Made by a program: the position numbers and the translations under genes. Shown piece after piece: positions 39,644 to 48,465 of a stretch of 64,000 bases of DNA; the stretch's first letter is position 1; each line of letters opens with the position of its first letter. Location of the stretch: assembly GCA_023511615.1 (NCBI GenBank), contig JAIMBL010000004.1, forward strand, positions 11,478-75,477, given 5' to 3'. The DNA comes from Leptolyngbyaceae cyanobacterium HOT.MB2.61 (GTDB lineage Bacteria; Cyanobacteriota; Cyanobacteriia; Leptolyngbyales; Leptolyngbyaceae). The notes under the pieces were generated by a model. It saw only the letters and a list, made by a program, of their open reading frames with translations, did not search any database and was not told where the DNA came from.

Positions 39644-39747
39644 GGCAGGGGGCAGGAGAGAAGAGGGAGGGAGGAGGAGAGGGGCAGAGGAAAAGGGAAG
39701 GAGAGGGGAGGGGGAGAAGAAGTGATAGGGTGATGGGGTAATAGGGC
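39644..39747 (+). repeat. ~100-nt polypurine (G/A) tract
   Basis: GGCAGGGGGCAGGAGAGAAGAGGGAGGGAGGAGGAGAGGGGCAGAGGAAAAGGGAAGGAGAGGGGAGGGGGAGAAGAAGTGATAGGGTGATGGGGTAATAGGG is almost free of pyrimidines on the plus strand. It lies upstream of the groESL promoter. Confidence 0.85.
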
Positions 39748-39789
39748 CATGTTAGATGCCCGAACAAAATCTCTGGAATATTGATTTTG

Positions 39790-39865
39790 GGTAGTGCCCA
39801 AATTGTAATGATTTTTGAGTCGTTAATGATGGCGGCTAGCGCCACTCATCATTGTTAGGTCTACC
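39790..39865. repeat. family C dispersed repeat
   Basis: GGTAGTGCCCAAATTGTAATGATTTTTGAGTCGTTAATGATGGCGGCTAGCGCCACTCATCATTGTTAGGTCTACC. It has short inverted ends GGTAG.../...CTACC and an internal hairpin TAATGATGGCGGC/GC..CTCATCATT. Confidence 0.7.
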
Positions 39866-39876
39866 TGATTTTGTTC

Positions 39877-39918
39877 TGGTGATAAGCGACGCTTACCACC
39901 AAACTCTCAGGAGAGCCG
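39877..39918. repeat. family B repeat, partial copy (inverted)
   Basis: TGGTGATAAGCGACGCTTACCACCAAACTCTCAGGAGAGCCG is the reverse complement of the left ~45 nt of family B. It lies 11 nt from the family C copy. Confidence 0.6.
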
Positions 39919-39944
39919 CAGAACCTTTACTCGGATGAAATCCA

Positions 39945-41117
39945 TTGGTGAGCTTCTATCCTTCTCATCCAAACACCAATCTCTTTCCGGCTGATGGGAA
40001 AGGTTTTCCCCACTTCATGCTGAAGGAAATTTACGAGCAGCCGGAAGTGGTACAAACCTGTTTATCTCATTACCTTTCGGAAGAGCGCTTTTTATCTGGT
40101 TCCTCTGATCATTTCATTTCCTCGCCGCTGAATCAAATTCATATTCTTGGTAGTGGTACCAGTCGCCATGCAGGTCTGGTTGCCCAATACTGGTTAGAGC
40201 AGATTGTGGGCATTCCTACTCGTGTGCGATCGGCATCAGAGTTTTTGTCTGCTCCCCTGCCTGTGGTTGCCAACACTCTTACTATCGCCATTACCCAGTC
40301 GGGAGAAACCAGCGATACCCTGGCAGCGGCTACACAGCAGCAGGCGAGTTATTCTCGTGTGGCTGGCCTGTTTACCTCGCGCCTGATCGGAATTACAAAC
40401 CAGCCTCAGAGTTCACTGGCAAGAGTGGTGGATCAGGTGTTTCCGACCCTGGCAGGAGACGAAATTGGTGTTGCAGCAACGAAAACATTCACTACACAAC
40501 TGGTTGTACTGGCTTGCCTGACGGTTTATTTAGCTCGTTGTCTCAAAACGGTGAGTCAGGAGCGATCGCACCAGCTCATTACCGAGTTGCAATGTCTACC
40601 AGTAAAGATTGCAGCCGTGCTTGAGCAGCAGAAAGCGATCATCCAGGAAATGGCACAGAAACTGGCACCAGCCAGGCACTGTATTGTTTTAGGGCAGGGA
40701 GTGAATCGAGCGATCGCCCTGGAGGGGGCTCTCAAGCTGAAGGAAACCACCTACATCCATGCAGAAGGTTACGCGGCGGGCGAGTTTCTCCACGGCCCGA
40801 TCGCCTTATTGGAACCTGGCATTCCAGTGATTGCGATCGTGATGTCGGATCACAGTTACGAACAAGTTTTAAACACTGTGCGAAAAGTCAAGTCTCATAA
40901 TGTCCCTGTGCTTGGAATTACAGGGGCTACCGTTCCATCAGAGGCTTCACAAATACTGGATCATCAAATCACCCTACCGACAACCGATGAGCTTCTGTCA
41001 CCCTTCTTGACGGTTGTTCCCCTACAACTACTGGCGTACTACACCGCAGTCCAGCGAGGTTTAGACGTAGATCGCCCCAGAAATATTACCAAAACACTGG
41101 TGGTACCTGAATCATAG
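39945..41117 (+). CDS. SIS-domain sugar-phosphate isomerase resembling the isomerase half of GlmS (no glutaminase domain)
   Basis: The sequence starts in the GlmS inter-domain linker (DGKGFPHFMLKEIYEQPEVV). Two SIS domains follow (GSGTSRHAG, ITQSGETSDT, LGQGVNRAIALEGALKLKETTYIHAEGYAAGEFLHGPIAL) and it ends LDVDRPRNITKTLVVPES. TTG start at 39945; an alternative ATG lies at 40017. Confidence 0.75.
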   Translation: MVSFYPSHPNTNLFPADGKGFPHFMLKEIYEQPEVVQTCLSHYLSEERFLSGSSDHFISSPLNQIHILGSGTSRHAGLVAQYWLEQIVGIPTRVRSASEFLSAPLPVVANTLTIAITQSGETSDTLAAATQQQASYSRVAGLFTSRLIGITNQPQSSLARVVDQVFPTLAGDEIGVAATKTFTTQLVVLACLTVYLARCLKTVSQERSHQLITELQCLPVKIAAVLEQQKAIIQEMAQKLAPARHCIVLGQGVNRAIALEGALKLKETTYIHAEGYAAGEFLHGPIALLEPGIPVIAIVMSDHSYEQVLNTVRKVKSHNVPVLGITGATVPSEASQILDHQITLPTTDELLSPFLTVVPLQLLAYYTAVQRGLDVDRPRNITKTLVVPES

Positions 41118-41238
41118 GGATTGCGGGTGAAACTGTCTCTGTATGGGCATTCTAATGTTTTGCGGGCGGGGGCTGATGCTTACGTAGAGGTTATTAACAG
41201 AATTTGCCGCCATCCTAACTTACCAATAGGGGTGTGAG

Positions 41239-41721
41239 ATGAAAGCAGGAGCAATTTTAGACTCAACGGAAATGTACCGCTATTCCCTCTGGCGCGAGTG
41301 GAACTTCTACGCACCCAGGGTTGGCTTTGTGATGTTAAACCCTAGTCGGGCAGATGCCTTGGTCGATGATCCAACGATTCGCAGGTGTGTTGGCTTTGCT
41401 CGTGCCTGGGGTTTTGGTGGGCTGGAGGTTGTTAATTTGTTTGCTTACCGGACTGCAAGCCCGGTTGAGTTGAGTCAGGCAGTAGATCCGGTGGGGGTAG
41501 AAAATGATGCTTATCTGGCTGCGCTAGGCAATCGGGTGGAGAAAATCGTCCTGGCCTGGGGAAACTGGGGGAAATTGCAGGGACGCGATCGCATCGTTCT
41601 CCCACTATTTGCACCCCACAATCCTGTTTACTGTTTGGGAATCACCAAAGCCGGGTATCCTCGCCATCCGCTGTACCTCAAGGGCGATGTGTTGCTGACT
41701 CAGTGGAATCTGGATAGTTAG
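41239..41721 (+). CDS. DUF1643 domain-containing protein
   Basis: YRYSLWREW..., VGFVMLNPSRADALVDDPTIRRCVGFARAWGFGGLEVVNLFAYR and HPLYL are typical of DUF1643. Confidence 0.75.
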   Translation: MKAGAILDSTEMYRYSLWREWNFYAPRVGFVMLNPSRADALVDDPTIRRCVGFARAWGFGGLEVVNLFAYRTASPVELSQAVDPVGVENDAYLAALGNRVEKIVLAWGNWGKLQGRDRIVLPLFAPHNPVYCLGITKAGYPRHPLYLKGDVLLTQWNLDS

Positions 41722-42088
41722 GAGAGTTTTGAGTGTTGAGTGTTGAGTTAACTCCGGATTCTCCTGTTGGGCCGAAGATCAGGGTGGGATCAAGGCCCGT
41801 AATTTGTTGAAACTGTTCGGGGGCGATCGCACTCACAATCTCCTCCCCTTCCCAGTTTTTTAGCTGTTCATGGACTTTTGCAAGGAATTCATAACCTTTG
41901 ATCATTGGCACCTTCAGCCAGTGATCAACTAATGTTTCAACCAGCGCCAGTTCAATCAACGCTGACGGGTAGATTCGCAACAAGTCTTCCAGATACTGGT
42001 TGAATGCTTCTGGTTCATTCCCTTCCAATTGATAGCTGCTGATGATATGTTTAACACGCTGGCGGTTCAGTTGCTCTCCCAGTTTCAT
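41678..42088 (-). CDS. hypothetical protein (136 aa)
   Basis: ATG-initiated ORF with a helical N-terminal part (YPSALIELALVETLVDHWLKVPMIKGYEFLAKVHEQLKNW). Its low-complexity C-terminal tail is encoded by GAGTTTTGAG-type repeats and overlaps the DUF1643 gene end by 44 nt. Confidence 0.5.
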   Translation of the reverse strand: MKLGEQLNRQRVKHIISSYQLEGNEPEAFNQYLEDLLRIYPSALIELALVETLVDHWLKVPMIKGYEFLAKVHEQLKNWEGEEIVSAIAPEQFQQITGLDPTLIFGPTGESGVNSTLNTQNSPNYPDSTESATHRP

Positions 42089-42335
42089 GAGACCTCATCT
42101 GGAGTAGGGCTCTTCCGGTTTGCCAGTGAAAGAGCAGTACAAGATAACTGAAGATTACCTCCTGAAGTTCCATCCTACTCAATATCACTGATAGCGAATC
42201 AAGAATTCGATATAGACAACAGTCGATACCGATTCCTGCAAGGTCTGTATCAGTGGGACAGCTTTTGGGGCAGATGCCTGTGTAGTATTGATAAGTGGCA
42301 TTTTCTCCACTTATTGTCCAGCAGGTGTCTCAAGC

Positions 42336-44567
42336 ATGACCGCAATTTCTTCTAACCCTTCATCCATCAGCATTCCAACCTTTTGTGAAGGGGTTCAGTA
42401 CTTCAGTGAGTCGCTTCCTGGTTTTGAGACCTATGGTAAAAGTCCGGTGATTGTCGAGGGGAAGACCGCGATTGCCGACCCCACAGACCCCTCTGCTGCC
42501 TATCAAACCCTGCTCTACGCCGATGCTCTGCGCTATCTGATCCTGCAAATGACGGCCAGTAAGGCATCAGGACACCCTGGTGGGTTTGCCAGTCAGGCGG
42601 AGGTCTACGCGGCGCTGGTCATGCTGGGCTATAAGAACATCATTACGGAAGTGGGACACCACGCACCGGGTTTCTACGCGGCGATGTTTCTGGATCGATC
42701 ACTGGAGGATATGGGGATTGAAACCGTTCAGCAGTTGCGCGATCGCTTCCGTGAGCGGCACGGCCTGCTCGGTCATCTCTCCGGGCAAATTCCCGGATTG
42801 CTGGCCCCCGCGGGTCCCCTGGGACAGGGCCAGCATTTTGCGATGGCCGCCGCCCTCCTGCACCGCGATACTCTCTTTCCTTTCACCGTGGGCGATGGTG
42901 GCTTTGGTGAACCTTACGTCATGAGTGCGTTTGGGCATTTTCACACTGCTTATCCTGAGGTCACCAATTTTCTACCCATCCTCGTCTGGAATGGCTATTC
43001 CCAGGAACACCACAGCATGGTGTCCACCCAATCTAACGAGCGCATGATGGCCTACTGGCACGCCCATGGCTTCCAGGAAGTAGTGCTGATTGACGCCAAA
43101 GACTTCGATGACCAGGATCAGCCTGGAGCCTACGTAGATAGCACCCTGTTTTCTCTAGAGCAGCGGATGGAGTTTGTCAGAGCCGTTCTGGTTGGAGTCG
43201 ATGAGGCGGCTCGCTCGGCCCTGAATGGTAAACTCACGGCCCTGATTATCAAGCAACTGAAGGGAGCGGGCGTCCATGCCAGGGGAGCCAAGTCCCATAA
43301 CCTGTATGCCCAGCACACACTGGACAATCCAGACATTGTGGCAGCTTTGAAAGCCCGTGCCCTGACTCCGGCAGCATGGGAGTTGGTGCGGACGAATTGC
43401 GATCGCGCCGCTGGAGGTCCCGCCAGTAAAACCGTCGTTACTGAATTTGTCCTCTCCTTACCGGATCTGGGTTCATTGCCGCTGGAGGAATACCCCATTG
43501 GTGGCGATCCTAAAGTAGCAACCACCGCGATGGGGCGTCTGGTGGGAAAGGTCGGGCAAATAGATCCTGCCTACCTGGTCACCAATGCGGATGGCAACGA
43601 AGCTTCTGGTATTGCCAATATCAACCAGGCCCTCAAGATCAACCACCCCACCGAAGATGCCCTCTACAATCAAAAGCCTGGTGGCCAGGTCTACGAACCC
43701 CTGAGCGAAGATGCCTGCGCTGGACTCGCTGCTGGACTTGCTCTCATGGGTTCCCGTACCCTCTGGTGTTCCTATGAGTCCTTTGCTATCAACGGCTTAC
43801 CCATCTGGCAAACCGTCACTCAGGCAATGGCAGAATTGCGCCGCCCTACTCCTTCCACCATCACCCTGTTTACTGCCGGTGCCCTGGAGCAGGGGCGCAA
43901 CGGCTGGACCCACCAGCGTCCAGAAATTGAAGCATACTTTGCCGCTATGATGCGTAATGGCAACGTGTTTCCCCTCTTTCCTACCGATGCCAACAGCATT
44001 CAAGTTTGTTACGAGTGGGCATTAAGTACTCTAAATAAGGGAATTGTCATCACTGCCAGCAAGTCTCCCCTACCCATCCATACTACCTTTGAACAAACGC
44101 GCCAGGCATTGCAAGATGGTGCCATCGTTTTGCAAGAAAGCGAAAGCACGGAAAGCAAAGATGCCAAACGGGTCGTATTTGCAGTCGTAGGGGACATGAT
44201 TTTGAATCCGGTTCTGGAAGCCGCTTCTCATCTAGAAGCAGAAGGTCTATCTGTACGGGTCGTGTCTGTGGTGAGTCCACGCCGCCTCTACCGTCCTTCC
44301 GATGTGGCCTGGGATACCTGTGCCGAGCCAGATGCCGAATTCCTCAGCGATAAGGGATTTGAAGCGTTGTTCGGAGGCGATGCATTGATCGGTGTTACGG
44401 GAGGAGCCAGTCTGATGCTGGAACCGGTGATGCTGCGTAGCAATGCTAGACGGGACATCTTTGCCTGGAAGCGAGGTGAAACGACGGCAAACCCCGGTGA
44501 GTTAATGGCGTTCAATGGGATTACGGCTGAAGCACTGGCAAAGCGGGCACTGGAGTTGGTGCATTAA
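42336..44567 (+). CDS. transketolase-family thiamine-diphosphate-dependent enzyme (divergent)
   Basis: TK-like N-terminal motif ASGHPGGFASQAEVYAALVMLGY and the ThDP-binding motif GDGGFGEPYVMSAFGHFHTAYPEVTNFLPILVWNG (GDG-X-N type). The Pyr- and C-terminal-like domains are inferred from length only. Start set at ATG 42336. Confidence 0.65.
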   Translation: MTAISSNPSSISIPTFCEGVQYFSESLPGFETYGKSPVIVEGKTAIADPTDPSAAYQTLLYADALRYLILQMTASKASGHPGGFASQAEVYAALVMLGYKNIITEVGHHAPGFYAAMFLDRSLEDMGIETVQQLRDRFRERHGLLGHLSGQIPGLLAPAGPLGQGQHFAMAAALLHRDTLFPFTVGDGGFGEPYVMSAFGHFHTAYPEVTNFLPILVWNGYSQEHHSMVSTQSNERMMAYWHAHGFQEVVLIDAKDFDDQDQPGAYVDSTLFSLEQRMEFVRAVLVGVDEAARSALNGKLTALIIKQLKGAGVHARGAKSHNLYAQHTLDNPDIVAALKARALTPAAWELVRTNCDRAAGGPASKTVVTEFVLSLPDLGSLPLEEYPIGGDPKVATTAMGRLVGKVGQIDPAYLVTNADGNEASGIANINQALKINHPTEDALYNQKPGGQVYEPLSEDACAGLAAGLALMGSRTLWCSYESFAINGLPIWQTVTQAMAELRRPTPSTITLFTAGALEQGRNGWTHQRPEIEAYFAAMMRNGNVFPLFPTDANSIQVCYEWALSTLNKGIVITASKSPLPIHTTFEQTRQALQDGAIVLQESESTESKDAKRVVFAVVGDMILNPVLEAASHLEAEGLSVRVVSVVSPRRLYRPSDVAWDTCAEPDAEFLSDKGFEALFGGDALIGVTGGASLMLEPVMLRSNARRDIFAWKRGETTANPGELMAFNGITAEALAKRALELVH

Positions 44568-44956
44568 TTTCGTATCTCATCAAGACTTATGTAATGACTT
44601 GGTGAGTTCGTAAAATTTCAGAGCGGCGATAGGGGTTTTTAATCATTGGCTCCTGCCCGTCTCCCCAAATCAGGCATTGAGGGGGTGAGTTATCAGGAGA
44701 GGCGATTTCCAATTTGGGAGTGACGCGATCGCACTTTAATTTTAAGTGTTGAAAAAAGTGCGATCGCGCCCCCTCTACCCCTCAAGCTTCCTCTCATAAC
44801 CTTTGAGCTTTCGGGTTTGTTCTCCACTGCTAAGGTTCCAGTTTTATCCCCCATCGTTCCAAATTTGAACTCAAACAATGACGGGTAAAAAGCACAACTC
44901 CCCGACTTCTTGAAGGAGCCGGGGATCTGGTGTGAATATCGGACTGTTACCTGGGC

Positions 44957-45355
44957 TTACTTATCGCCTTCAATAGCCGTCTTAGAAGTCGTTCCTAGAG
45001 ATTGACCATAGCCCTTCTCAGCAAAGTAGCCATTCAGCAGAGTGCTGGTAAAGGACAGAACCACAGGGCCTAGCAGAAATCCAAGCCATCCGTAAACGGA
45101 AAATCCAGGAACCAGCAACGAAGCCAACCAGAAACAGATGCCGTTCACAACCAGGGAGAAGGCTCCCAGTGTTAGAAAATTAACAGGCATCGAAAGGGTA
45201 GACAGAACAGGCTTAATGGTGCCATTGACTAATCCAATCGCCAGTGCTGCTACGATCGCCGCTGGAAATGTAGCCAGATTAGCTCCTGGAACAACCAGAT
45301 CAACTACCAGCAAGCTCAAAGCAGTAACCAGTGTCGTTAAAAAGAATCCCAACAT
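44957..45355 (-). CDS. phage-holin-family-4 / DUF360 membrane protein
   Basis: Four predicted TM helices. ALSLLVVDLVVPG..., AAIVAALAIGLVNGTIKPVL and LGAFSLVVNGICFWLASLLVPGF are typical of YvlD/DUF360 proteins. Confidence 0.75.
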   Translation of the reverse strand: MLGFFLTTLVTALSLLVVDLVVPGANLATFPAAIVAALAIGLVNGTIKPVLSTLSMPVNFLTLGAFSLVVNGICFWLASLLVPGFSVYGWLGFLLGPVVLSFTSTLLNGYFAEKGYGQSLGTTSKTAIEGDK

Positions 45356-45423
45356 GGGTTTCCTCCCTTACAAAACAATAAAGAAAGTGATGTCAACGTG
45401 CTAACGCGATCGCATCCAGGAAC

Positions 45424-45609
45424 TTAAACCGTTCCCTGGCCCAGTTTTTCCTCGTGTTTGGCAAATGCCCACACTGCATGAATGCTGCCAGGAACCCAAC
45501 CTAAAAGCGTAAGCAGGATGTTGATTAGCAAGGTCGGACCAAACCCATAGGTCAGGAACACACCGACTGGTGGCAGGAAAATAGAAAGTAGAAGACGGAC
45601 AAATTTCAT
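45424..45609 (-). CDS. YqaE/Pmp3-family small stress-induced membrane proteolipid
   Basis: MKFVRLLLSIFLPPVGVFLTYGFGPTLLINILLTLLGWVPGSIHAVWAF is the Pmp3 signature. Start set at the internal ATG at 45609 (61 aa). Confidence 0.85.
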   Translation of the reverse strand: MKFVRLLLSIFLPPVGVFLTYGFGPTLLINILLTLLGWVPGSIHAVWAFAKHEEKLGQGTV

Positions 45610-46035
45610 AGGTTTTTCTCCCCTTTTTTGAACTTGACTGAACAGAAATACTGGCTGTTTCAACCCAATCCAGCAGGTGCTACAATGGCGAGCTTACTAA
45701 TCGGTTTAGTTCCAGAGCACGTACTGCAACAATAAACTCCGCTCAGGTTTTAAGCTACTGCCCGAAGAAGGGATACCTTACAATTTCGGATCATTTTGAG
45801 TATTGCAGGTAATTATTCACTAGCAAATCTATCAGTAGAGCGATTGGTAAGATTAAACCAGCCAGGATGGCTATCTACCAGGATGGCTATCTACATAGGG
45901 CAGTCTCATCTGTCTCAGGTGGTAGCTACGCAAACCGCAGAGGTTTTAACCTATACACCTCATGGCCCCCATCGGTGCTTAAACCTCCGAGGTTTTGGCA
46001 AATGCGCCTGATAAAGTCCGCCCCAGACAGGCCGC

Positions 46036-46563
46036 CTAAAGCTTAGAGGCCGTCGATTGCGGCATCTCTCTCAACTGCTGCCGAATTTGTTGCTGCCTCT
46101 GCAACAAAGTTTGTTTAATTTCAACAAACTTGTTTTCCAACTCAGCCTTTTTCTCTTCGCTGAGAGAGCCGTACCAACCTCTGGCTTTTTCAGCTAGCTG
46201 CTGTTTCGCTTTAGCAAGACGCTCGCTAAATCTGGCGGTGAGTTTATTATCCAGTTCGGCCAGTTTCTTCCCTAACCAGGTGAACTGCTCCTTTAGCTTT
46301 TCTTCCTCTGCCCCAGCATCAAAAGAATTGGCAAAACTCTCTTTGGCGTCTTTGCCCTTCTCCTTCAACTCTTCAACAGTGACAGAAATGGCATCCTGAG
46401 CGATCGCCCGCATCTCCCCAGAACCTTCCTTCACCTCAGAAACTACTTGCGAGAAAGCCTGCCGCACAATTTCTTGAACTCGCTCTGCCCGTATTCTTTC
46501 CTGGTTTTTAAGCTTCTCGAACTCAGTCGCAATGCGGTCTTTTACAGAAATAACCTCAGTCAT
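46036..46563 (-). CDS. coiled-coil hypothetical protein (175 aa, Lys/Glu-rich)
   Basis: Uninterrupted ORF with ATG start and strongly helical, charged heptad-like sequence. No family was recognised. Confidence 0.6.
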   Translation of the reverse strand: MTEVISVKDRIATEFEKLKNQERIRAERVQEIVRQAFSQVVSEVKEGSGEMRAIAQDAISVTVEELKEKGKDAKESFANSFDAGAEEEKLKEQFTWLGKKLAELDNKLTARFSERLAKAKQQLAEKARGWYGSLSEEKKAELENKFVEIKQTLLQRQQQIRQQLREMPQSTASKL

Positions 46564-46653
46564 CGTTCTCCCTCCAAAGGACGTTACAAAACTACAAAAG
46601 TAAAGGCAAACTTAGAGGCTACAGGCTCTCCTTCCAGTTGCCTGCCGTCTGTA

Positions 46654-46905
46654 TCAAGCACTCACTTCAGCCTTCTTTTCCTTGCGTGCTTTACGTTGCT
46701 CAAGCACAACCTGAGAAAGCTCAGTCACCAGCAGTGTGGCAATTAGCCCATCATCAAGCCATCCCACAATTGGAAGTACATCCGTAGCGAGATCAACAGG
46801 GCTCAAAAGATAGAGCAAGCTACCAGCAACAACCAACCAACGGTATTTTGAATTTCTCAGAACTGCGCGATACAGCTTATAAAGCGGTTGAATCAGAAAC
46901 TTCAT
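46654..46905 (-). CDS. DUF1232 (YkvA-family) membrane protein
   Basis: YLLSPVDLATDVLPIVGWLDDGLIATL matches the DUF1232 signature (Y..SP.DLIPD.IP..G..DD). Confidence 0.8.
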   Translation of the reverse strand: MKFLIQPLYKLYRAVLRNSKYRWLVVAGSLLYLLSPVDLATDVLPIVGWLDDGLIATLLVTELSQVVLEQRKARKEKKAEVSA

Positions 46906-47130
46906 TTGGGTTGCCCTCCAACTACAAATTCATCGTTGCAGATTCGTCATGAAACCTCCGGTGTGGAAAACCCGCGCTTTTGTCGTAACAATCCCACTCA
47001 AGGTAGGGATGCCCGATCCAGTAGTGGAGAGAACCCTAAGGAGAGATGGAACGTTAGGATTGACCTGGTTTCGGGTATCTTTAGGCTTAGCAAATATCAC
47101 AAACCAGAAACTATCTTCAAACTATCTTCA

Positions 47131-48462
47131 ATGGATACTGAAGCCTCTGATTTACTGGATAAAATTCGTCAGCAATTTAACTGGTATTCTTACCCCTGGT
47201 ATCCCCTGGAATATTCGCCCAAAGGAGATGCCAATGCGCTATTCATCCATAATCTGATCACCCCTTACTATTTAAGAAATCAGCGTGTCATCGATACCAC
47301 AGGTAAGATCATCCTGGATGCTGGATGCGGCAGTGGATACACCTCATTGATTCTGGCCGCAGCAAATCCAGGTGCAACTATTGTAGGAATTGACTTATCA
47401 GAAGTTTCGATTCAAAAGGCTCGTGAGCGACTGAAGTACCATCAATTTGAGAATGTTGAATTTCATACCCTCTCAATTTATGATGTCCAAACCTTGGGTT
47501 TAACGTTTGATTACATTAACTGTGATGAAACACTTTACCTCCTGCCCGACCTTCACCAAGCGCTTCAGGTGTTGAAAGCTGTCCTCAAACCAGAAGGAAT
47601 AATTCGGGGAAACCTGCATAGCCTGTATACACGAACCCATATTTTTAGAGCTCAAAACCTCTTCAAACTGATGGGACTGATGGATTCAAATCCAGAGGAA
47701 ACTGAAATTGAAACAGCTTTACAAACCATTCAGTCATTAAAGGATGATGTTCCGCTCAAAGCTTTTATCTGGAGTTCTAAGTTTGAAGGAAAGGAACGTT
47801 ACGGGGCAGCACTTGTTAACTTATTGATGCAAGGAGATAAAGGCTTCACTATTCCCGATCTATTTGCTGCTCTAAAAACAACTGATCTGGAATTCATCAG
47901 CATGGTGAACTGGCGGCTGTGGGAACCACTGGATCTGTTTCAAGATCCAGAAAACCTACCTCTGTTTTGGGCAATGAATTTGCCGGATCTGCCGGATGAG
48001 TTGCGGCTGCATATTTTTGAGTTAATGTGTCCGGTCCATCGGCTGCTCGATTTTTGGTGTGGACATCCCAATGTGGCAAAGTCGGTTACGCCTGTTCAGC
48101 AGTGGCAAATGTCTGAATGGCAAAGGGCTAAGGTTTATTTGCACCCACAATTAGCTACGAAAAGTGTCTGGGAGGACCTTGTTTGCAGCATTAATGATCA
48201 CGATTCGTTTACAATCAGCCAGCACCTTTCTGCGCCGATCATGGCTCCTGTTACGCTGAACTCTCTCATGGCGAATTGTTTATTGCCCCTGTGGGAGGGA
48301 CCTCAACCTATTCAGGCATTGGTGAATCGCTGGCTTGCTGTTCAGCCCTTGGATCCCATTACTCTGGAGCCCAGAAGTGAAGTGCAGGCATTTGAGGAAA
48401 TCAAAAGTCTGTTGATGTATTTAGAGACCTATCTTTATGTGTTGTTAGAGCTGCCTGCTTAA
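47131..48462 (+). CDS. class I SAM-dependent methyltransferase with uncharacterised ~230-aa C-terminal domain (paralogue 1)
   Basis: SAM motif I ILDAGCGSGYTSLILA, motif II/post-I IVGIDLS and FDYINCDETLYLLPD. Start moved to ATG 47131 (MDTEASDLLDKIRQQF...) by alignment with the N-terminus of the downstream paralogue. The stop lies 3 nt before that paralogue's ATG. Confidence 0.8.
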   Translation: MDTEASDLLDKIRQQFNWYSYPWYPLEYSPKGDANALFIHNLITPYYLRNQRVIDTTGKIILDAGCGSGYTSLILAAANPGATIVGIDLSEVSIQKARERLKYHQFENVEFHTLSIYDVQTLGLTFDYINCDETLYLLPDLHQALQVLKAVLKPEGIIRGNLHSLYTRTHIFRAQNLFKLMGLMDSNPEETEIETALQTIQSLKDDVPLKAFIWSSKFEGKERYGAALVNLLMQGDKGFTIPDLFAALKTTDLEFISMVNWRLWEPLDLFQDPENLPLFWAMNLPDLPDELRLHIFELMCPVHRLLDFWCGHPNVAKSVTPVQQWQMSEWQRAKVYLHPQLATKSVWEDLVCSINDHDSFTISQHLSAPIMAPVTLNSLMANCLLPLWEGPQPIQALVNRWLAVQPLDPITLEPRSEVQAFEEIKSLLMYLETYLYVLLELPA

Positions 48463-48465
48463 TTT

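Noticed and set aside
39604-39845. Two overlapping minus-strand ORFs (65 and 75 aa, PLPLSSSLPLL...)
   Set aside because: They are encoded by the polypurine/polypyrimidine tract and a family C repeat. They are low complexity and located in the groESL promoter region.
46888-47130. 81-codon N-terminal extension of methyltransferase paralogue 1
   Set aside because: It starts at a non-ATG codon overlapping the divergent DUF1232 gene start. It has no counterpart in the paralogue, whose N-terminus aligns with the Met at 47131.
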